Source: Klebsormidium nitens
Taxonomy: Eukaryota; Plantae; Klebsormidiophyceae
NCBI GenBank assembly: GCA_000708835.1
Contig: DF236993.1
Span: forward strand, 186,001 to 250,000
DNA length: 64,000 nucleotides
Direction of reading: 5' to 3'
Below the pieces are notes generated by a model. The model saw nothing but the letters and a program-made list of their open reading frames with translations. It made no database searches and was not told where the DNA came from. Shown here piece by piece: positions 55,901 to 64,000 of the stretch; positions within the stretch are counted from its first letter, which is position 1; each line of letters opens with the position of its first letter. Position numbers and translations under genes: made by a program.

Positions 55901-58821
55901 TGATCGATGAAAACTCCTACGAAGCTGCATCGCGATACAGAGGTCAACCGAGCATGCCCGCGCCTCCCGGCATCCTGCTCATTGCCTCTGAATCGAGCGC
56001 TGATCTCCTCGTTCCATCAACCACGGCAACGCAACTCTTACTGCCGAACCACAACTAGCGGTTTGCTCAACCTGCTACCTTTGGGAAGACAGAAGGTGAT
56101 TCGTCTCACCGACAACACGAAGCGGCTGGTAGCCGTTAGGGCGACCGTGATGGACTGGATCAGCACACCCGAGTAGTCCTTTACCACACGCTCCAGGGCC
56201 TTGGACCGCGCGGCCCGGTCGCCGGCAACAGAGATGTCCTGTGGGAACGCGCCTTGATTTTGCGACTGTTTTGCGACGGTCTTTACCCGCAACAAAACCA
56301 GTCTTAGCGAGTGGGAGGATTGCATGGATTGTAAGGGTCCGCAGATGCGGCGGACTGCTTATCTTCTCACTACGAAGAACATGTCCCCATCGCTGATACA
56401 TTTAACCCATGAAGGCTAAACCTTGAGAATGTAAATCGTACAATAACGGTATCCGCTAATTCGGTGATGTAAGCGTTTGGCAACGTTATGAAGGAAGCTT
56501 GTGTGCATTACCGTCCGAGATGACGTACTGATCTCCTGGTAGTCGTTACTCAACGGCTACCGACTCGATTGTGAAAACGATTTTACCACTTTACATTACG
56601 CCATCTTTGACGAACACGAATTGCATAATATAGAGGAACATGTGGGTGTCTAGGACGGGTTGGAAAGCGATGACCGTGTTTGAGAACCCTTAAACGATTT
56701 TCCACTTTGTGAATCTCTCTTGGAAACAGGCTAAAGAACCACCGAAATAGCAGTCTGGTACATTCGAGACGGCAGATGGCAACGGATCTGCGTCAGCCGA
56801 CTCACCAGAACTTTGTGCTGAGCGTCCGTCGGGTTGAAGACCATTAGCAGGAAGCGCTCCACCTGCAACGTAGGCAAGCGGTGAGCGAAAGCCAGGTACG
56901 ATCCTTCTGATACTGCAACTTGGACATAAAATCAGACGTTCTCAACTCTGCCAGGCATTGAGTGAACCACTTCCAAACGATTTCCAGCTATATGTAGCTT
57001 CTCAACTTTGAAACGAGATAAGAATCCTGGGAGTTCTCAAACGGAATTGGCTGAAAAAGATCACCTTCTCATTCTGCTCACCTGCTCAACCACGTCCTCC
57101 CCAACTATGACGCTCACTTTGTCTGAGAATAGATTGTACGGGTTTTCGTTTTGCTGCACGCCACCAACAAGGACAGCACGTCATCAACGGTCGCAGGATC
57201 AGAATACGTTCAAATCTTGCATCATTGCCGACAAAGGTTTACCCTTTTTGAAGCTACTCCACCCCAAGAGACCCTCCTGAGATCCACAATCGTTGAAGAA
57301 GGGTCTTTGTATTCAAAAGTCAAAGACCAAAGAAGGTGGTGGAATATCTCAGTTGAGAAAAAGAATCTGCCTTTTCTTTCTGGATCAAAGTATCGAACTT
57401 TGGTAGATGCTTCTTTGGAGTCCTTACCTGGATCCTGTTTATGATGTCAGCGGCTTCGTGCATCACCCTCGGCACCGCAAAGACGCCGATCGTGACGAGG
57501 AGCGACACGATGACGGCGTACATGATGACCACGACTAGTTTCCGCCGGCCAGGCAGGACCTTCTCCACTTCAGCCACCAGAGCGTTGCCAATAAATGCAA
57601 GGATGAATGTTCCCATGGAAACCTGCAGTGTACGGCAATCTTACTTTTTGGCCGGACTCCAGAAAGCAGATTAAACATGTGGACAAACCAAGTATGGAAG
57701 TGAGATGGCTCCTTTGCTTGCTTCATGGTGCGGTGAGTTGATAGCCGCCTAGTTGTAGGTCAGGAGCTGGATTCCTTTTGGGCTTATGATACACAGTCCA
57801 AGTGCAAGCTTTCTTGTTCATGTGAGCAGTCTTGTTTGAATACAACGATACTTCACGAGGCTATGAACATGCTGATCCAGATTTCTTGCTGTTGCCTTCG
57901 CACTAGAAATGGAGCGCAGTGAGACAAATATCCCAGAAGATTGTTAAGCATCCAACATTGATTGCCTCTAAGTGAGCAAATGGCTATCCTGTACCTCACG
58001 GGCACGCTTGATGAAGGAAGATGTAGAATCCAGACTACCAGTGATTCAAAGATCCAAAAGTACAAGACCTCCAACGGCCCTGGAGACCAACCAAGGCACT
58101 CACCCCAAGGAACGCGCGCATCTGGTATGATGCCCCAATTACGATGGCCCAGATTGCAATCTTCTTCACCGGCAGCTCTTGCAAGACTGATGTGAAGTTG
58201 CTGAGAGTTCCGGAGGGGGCATCCAGTTTTGCTTGGAAGGTGACGGCGGTCGGGTTAGAGCTTGCGGGGCTGTTCGTGTCTGTGACCTACAGACAGCACG
58301 TCACATGATGATCAAACAGTAGGAATTTTAAGTCAAAGACGTCTAGAGGTCAACGACTGCGCTGTCACCCCAGGTTATGTTCATCTGTTTGAGCCGAGGT
58401 TTTCACAGGTTGCGTGGAGAAAGCTAAGATTCGTCTGCATTTGCTTGTGCAGACTTCCAAGCAATTTGTGGGGAGAAGAGGAAGCAACAAAGAAAGATAA
58501 CCTCGACCTTGCTGGAAAAACTCTGCTGGAAAAACTCTGGGTGTTACGGGTCCCCAATAAGCGCATTACCTGTGCTCGTATTGTACAATGCTTGTGCTTT
58601 TTGTTCTGCCTCAGCGGAGAGCTCCCAAGCCCGTGTATCCGTGCACTTCTGGCTCTTTTGAAAGATTGAAAAGAACGGCTAGCTTGCAAATCCTGTATGA
58701 AAGGCTGCCGGCCAAGAGCATTGGCTGAGATGCTTGTAGATGGTCGTCCTGATTCGCCCCCCGCATTTGAAATTCCAAAAGGGAGTGCTTGGCTTCCGCC
58801 AAGCACCGTCTGTGCCGCCAT
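52904..58821 (-). CDS. AI-2E (PerM/TqsA-like) family transporter with probable plastid transit peptide
   Basis: Exons 58821-58570, 58286-58104, 57622-57428, 57153-57082, 56862-56806, 56238-56110, 55602-55483, 54851-54643, 53899-53808, 53121-52904. Motifs: FGKALQAQ..IAVVNTLLT, VFICSFVPVAGVFLSTIP, EAYVLNPVIYSAHLKLHPLLVL, GVWGLLIAVPLA. Confidence 0.9.
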
Positions 58822-60210
58822 CAGAAAGCCCCTCTTGTGCTAGGGAAGACCTGGGAGCAATCTGATGCTAGTGAAGGGTCAATCCTTGCTATAGTGCAAT
58901 ATCAACTTCATGCTTGACGCTCAACCGATCAGTGGCACACAAGCGACAACGCTCAGAATCTGTCCCTTAGCTCTGCACTGACAGAAGGCTGGATAATACA
59001 CCCTTTGGAGAAGCTCAGGCTTGCATGCATTCCGTGCTACCCAGCATTATGCTGCACATTCGTTGACATCTGGTCATTAAAGTGCTGATCAAACATTTGA
59101 CTGGCTGGTTCCACGACCAAACCAACGCAGATGCAAACTCAGTCGCTACACTTGGTGGTGACGTCTATTGAGGCGAATGCTGTGGGTCCACCGCTCTGAA
59201 CCGGAAGGGCAGAAGAGGGAGACACCCTTTGCTGCTTTGCCTGCGCCGCCAAATCGCCTCTGCTGCAGTTGGCCTGCACCAGCTCCCTTCCCACTAGCCT
59301 GTTCCTGGCACTGATCACAGATTCTTGTGGCTGACAAGGACGATTGCCAGGTGTCCTCCACCGGAATCCGTCAGTTTCTTAAAGGAATTCCGCCGGAATG
59401 GAGCTGAATCAGCCTTTACCGGACTGTGTCAGTGTCATCGCAACCGTCCGAAAAGGCCTGCGGCCGTGAACTGTTACCAGATTACTAGTCATATGGTCTT
59501 AATTTCCTTCAACCTAGATGCGACGCCATTGGAAGGGCCTTGACAATGTGGAGAGGACGCCACATGTTGGCTCATTGCGCACAGATTCATCATCTTTTCT
59601 TTGGCCAACCGCTTGTGCCCTGATTCTGCATGGAGGGGGTGGATAATGTGCAGTAGTTTATTGAAGTGACGGAAAGCCATGAACGGGACGCCTGGCACAG
59701 ATTGCTTCACACACGATTGTTTAGCAAGTTAGACGCATATCCGAGCTTTGTTTCAGTGGGTGAAGAAGGTGAGCATCCGACACTAGCTTTGGGTGTGCTT
59801 GAAACGAGTCAGTGTTTCGTTGAGTATCACTACGGGCAAGAGAGGAAAGGAGTGTTGCCAAAGACGACTTTTTGTCAAATTTCAACAGATTTGAAAGTAT
59901 CTCTCACCTGGATTGTAGCTTCGCCCCACCATCATTCGTGCTGAAAGATTCATTCAGATTCCCTCCTTGAAGAAACTTCTGCAGCATGCCACCATCAAAT
60001 CGAAGCACACCACCATCTCATCAACAGTACCCGACAAACACCTGCATTCTGGCAGCCAGTTGGAATCCATGACGGTCAATTGTCCAAAGACTCTTTATAT
60101 CTTGTTGAACTCAATCTGCATAGGTAAGAACATTTCATGTTGAAGCGCTGACTCGCTCCAAACTCACAGGATGAACGCCTGCCTTCGGACACCCAATCAT
60201 ACGTTGTCCG

Positions 60211-63200
60211 ATGTCCGTGGTCACCGTACAACTAGGCCAATGCGGGAACCAGGTTGGGGGTGCACTCTTTGACGTGCTAGCAGGGGAGGCCCTCTCTGCA
60301 AGCCGGAAAGAAGAGCCCGAGGCAGAAACGTTTTTTCGGCGGGGCAAAGGGGGGACGCAATGGGTTGCTCGAGCAGTCCTGGTAGATATGGAACCCAAGG
60401 TGAGGTCTGGGATTTGAAGCTGGTTCATCTACTGAGCGGGTGGACTGTGATGGACGCAGAAGTTGCTTCTTAATATTGAGGATGAGGGTGGCTCATTTGA
60501 GGATATTCCTGGCGAAAGCGGTGCCTGCCTCTATTCTCTACTCCTTGGACTCGATTTTGCCACTCAAGACTTTGTCTAGACGTCCTTCTTTCTCTGCAAT
60601 CACAGAGGCGTCAAAGCATCTGTAATCAACACAGCAAAGTGATTTAGCTCTCCGCGCCATTTCCGTACTGTATATCTGGTTCCCTGTCAAGAGTTCATAT
60701 TCTTCAGATGGTTGATCTGCAGGGGCAGCTCACTTTGAGGTAATGCACAAAGGACATGTCAACTCAAGGTGGGGCAACTCAACAGTTCTCTGCGACCTTC
60801 TTGGCCACAAAAGTCAGAGAGACATTGCAGCAGGGTTTCAAATCACCACGTATCGAACTTGGGAAGCGCCTTGCAGCGCCTGACTTCATCACAACCAAAC
60901 CTCCCAGGCTTTGGCTTCCACGGTTCGTTCGGCCCGCGCATCCAGCGGAGGCGTTTGGGGCTTCGACGAGGGACGGCTCTTCTCACGGGAGAGTGGCTCA
61001 GGCAACAACTGGGCCCGGGGTTTTCACACTCACGGTCCAGCCTGTCGAGACGATATACTGAACCTGGTTAGGAAGGAGGTAAGCATACGCTTGACCTACG
61101 AGTATACGGAGACTGGCGGATGCGGCAATCAAGCACCTTGCGTCTGATTGTGAGTATTCCTACAATTCTTTTCGGCTGGCACTCATTGAAGGTGCGCAAT
61201 CAGCAAAGTGGTCTGATTATCCTGGTATGGTCTTGCGGGGGGCCGAAGCTATAATGTCCTTTTGTTGTTCTGATCGTCGAAGTTGTTGCCTCGCCGTGCC
61301 TCAGGTGGAAGAGTGCGATCGCTTCGGGGGCTTCCTTACGCTCCAGAGCGTTGCGGGAGGCACGGGCTCTGGGTTAGGTATGCTGTCTGCCAAAGTTCGG
61401 TACACCACTTGATCACACTAACTGTTGGGTAGCTGTCGCTAGTCAAAGTTCCTCACGCGCAATCTTGTCCATCTCAGTTCTTTCCATTTTCGCAACCGGG
61501 TTCCTGAATATACCTGCTTTTTCTAGATGCTTCCGTTTGTCGTGGGCTCTCTTTCTTAGTCAACCTCGTTGCTCTTTATCCCTTGTCTTCGTCCCCTGCT
61601 AGCTTTCGGCGTCGACATTATGTTCCGGCTTTGAATCAGCACGCCTCCAAAAGCCCTTCCACATTCGGCAACAGCAAAATCAGCACGTCTCGCTAAGAGT
61701 TTGTCTTTGACTTTTGTAGGGGCATACGCGGCGGGTTGTCTACGAGACGAGTATCCAGCGAGCCCCCTGTTGGGCCACTGCGTGTGGCCGCACGAAAGCG
61801 GGGAGGTGCGTCAGGCGGATGTCTCCCAATCACTTTCACAACTGAACATGTCAAGATTGCCAAAGGCTTCGAGTAGGAAGAATTGTCCGTTAATATTTTA
61901 TGTGCTTGGTTCATATGGTAAATATTGGTTCAAAAGGATTAATCATATCGAACCCGTCATGATTGCCAGAAGGCTTCTAGTAGGAAGAATTCTCCGCCAA
62001 TCTTTTGTGTGCTCGGTTCGAAAGGACTATCTCACCGTAGACTCCTTTTTCGAAAGAAAAACTCTCGTTTGTCGTACAGTGACATTCCTCAAAATGTCCA
62101 CGCCGGCCCTGAAAACCCTCTTGTCTATCAGTGGCTTTACAAACAGTCGCTTTCTAGCTGTCTCCGTGCACAGAAGCGACTCCGGATGCTTTCTTTCTGT
62201 TTCCACAGGTGATCGTGCAGAGCTACAACGCGATGCTGACGCTGCCCAAGCTAGCTCAGGTAAGGCGCTTTCCACCAATCTCTTTCTACCTTCCCGAACG
62301 CTGGCCTTCTTTTCACTGGTTTGAGTCGTTCGGTAGGTAAAAGCTCTCACGAACTTTCGCAAAAGTCGTCTCGAAACTTCAAGGTTGCGTCCTTCTCTCT
62401 GTCAGCAACCCAGCCCAATTTGTGCCTGCGCACCCTTCTATTGAGTCTCCAGGTTGAAGCAGTTTACCAACTAATTTCTAAAGGCAAGTCGAGGAGTCAC
62501 CTTCTGATCCCTAAAAGACTGACGTTCTCTCCATCTTTGAGCTTAATAATGAAGACTTCGGTTTGCTACTCAGGCGGCTGACGGCGTAATCCTGGTGGAG
62601 AACGAGGCCCTCACCGCCACGTGTCGGCGGCTGCTCAACATCTCCCGGCCGTCGTACACTGACCTCAACTTAGTTGCCGGGCGCGCTCTCGCATGCGTCC
62701 TCCTCCCTGCGCAGTGGCGGTCCGAGGTACGGAAACCACGTGGCAAACGCTTCTCGTCAGGTTGTCGAGCTTGTTCGGGCATCAAAGAAGATAGTTGGCA
62801 GTATTGTCCTCTGTTCTCGGGGAGAACCACGGCCGTGACTTTGGTCGTCCACAAGCTTCTAAGGTCGAGCTTTGCGTTTGGTTGGGGCCGCCGCTTCTTT
62901 GCATTGGTGCGTACACCGAGTGCGTTCGCAACAGTAGAGGAAGAGCTTCTGGGAGTTTTTGACAGCCTACCAGAACCATAGCTGAGTTGGATTCTCAGAT
63001 CTTACTTGCAACTTTCAGGTACTAGGCCAGACGCGTCCTCATGTCCGCTCAATCCTCGCGCCTTTTTTTCAAGACAAGTATGAGGCGTCGGCGATTCCCG
63101 CTTCCGCCCCCTGTCAGAACTTCGTCAGTATCGTGCTGACACGAATAAGTAACGTCGAAGTGAAAGCAAGAGACTGAAGAGCTCTTCTGAGGGAAGTCTC

Positions 63201-63634
63201 TGCATCTTCTCATCCTATTGCCAAGAAGCGTTACGGCCAGCCTCAGCCTTTCGCCTTCATCACTCAGGTCATTTCGGTGGGCGTGGGCAATTTCCACTGC
63301 GCCCTCTATAGGGCCTCGTCGCTGGTGTGCGCACAACCAAGCGATATCGGAAAAGAGGGGCAAAGAAACGAGAAACTCGTAGAATCGTTTTGCGCCTACT
63401 CCTCCTTTCACTTACACCCATCATGCCCGCTCTGATCCTTTTTCCCTCTCCACCCAGGCCGACTCGGTGGGCGTCGGCGGTGCCCGCTTCCGCCCCCTTT
63501 CGGACCTGGTGAGCGCAGTGTGCGCGCACCCCCACTACCCCCTGCTCAGCCTGCGCGCGCTGCCCCAGATCCCGCCCGCCTCAGTGGACTTCACCACGTT
63601 CACGTGGCCCAGCCTGGTCAGGCAACTGCGTCAG
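60211..63634 (+). CDS. TUBD1: Delta-tubulin (5' part; gene continues past the window)
   Basis: Exons 60211-60399, 60908-61078, 61305-61377, 61720-61805, 62209-62259, 62574-62726, 63458-63634. Motifs: [73 protein letters not shown]. Confidence 0.92.
61853..62020. repeat. Intronic tandem duplication (~60 bp, spacing ~107 bp)
   Basis: gattgcca.aaggcttc.agtaggaagaatt.tccg...tt.tgtgct.ggttc x2. Confidence 0.8.
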
Positions 63635-64000
63635 GTGCGTTTAATCGGAAAGCATTCTCCGGCCCCTTAACTCGCACCCAAGATGTTGTTTTCGTCGGAC
63701 TTTTTGATACTACTGTAACCCCAAAGTATGTTGTCGATTTCCGCAAGTTTCGCACCTAATGAATCGCAGACTGGCCGTGCAACAGTTGGGTGCGACTTTT
63801 AAGGTGCCCGAGTCGAGTCTTCGTGTTGCGCGATGAGGACATCTCTCGCTTGATGAGAACACGTCACTGCCTTATCCAGGATGACGCGGCCTGGCTCGAA
63901 CCTTTGGCATGACAGACGTTTCGGTTCGCGGCCCTCCCTGTTAAGTTATCCTGCTGAAGTATCGCGTCTGTCTGCAAACTTGGATGGATAAGGCGCTTCG

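Overview
Intron-rich eukaryotic genomic DNA, most consistent with a streptophyte (charophyte) green alga such as Klebsormidium. This is an inference from the plant-type genes combined with delta-tubulin and the GTGCG/GTGAG/GTAAG donor style. Hand-splicing gives about 11 genes in almost perfectly alternating orientation: PIP-like aquaporin (-, 3' end unresolved), UTP25 (+), plastid ALA dehydratase (-), HIT/HINT hydrolase (+), a divergent profilin-like gene missed by the ORF track (-), Ataxin-2/CID-like (-), an intronless prokaryote-type DUF72 gene (+), SH3P BAR-SH3 (-), a small membrane ORF (+), a plastid-type AI-2E transporter (-) and delta-tubulin (+, runs off the window). The main signals are: (1) degenerate copies ('echoes') of exon ends with their splice sites in the neighbouring introns of 7 genes; (2) the intronless, motif-divergent DUF72; (3) a profilin-like protein apparently lacking the Trp that binds poly-L-proline; (4) a textbook U12 AT-AC intron; (5) a TA-flanked MITE in an ALAD intron. 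All exon coordinates and alignments were made by eye; no database searches were run.
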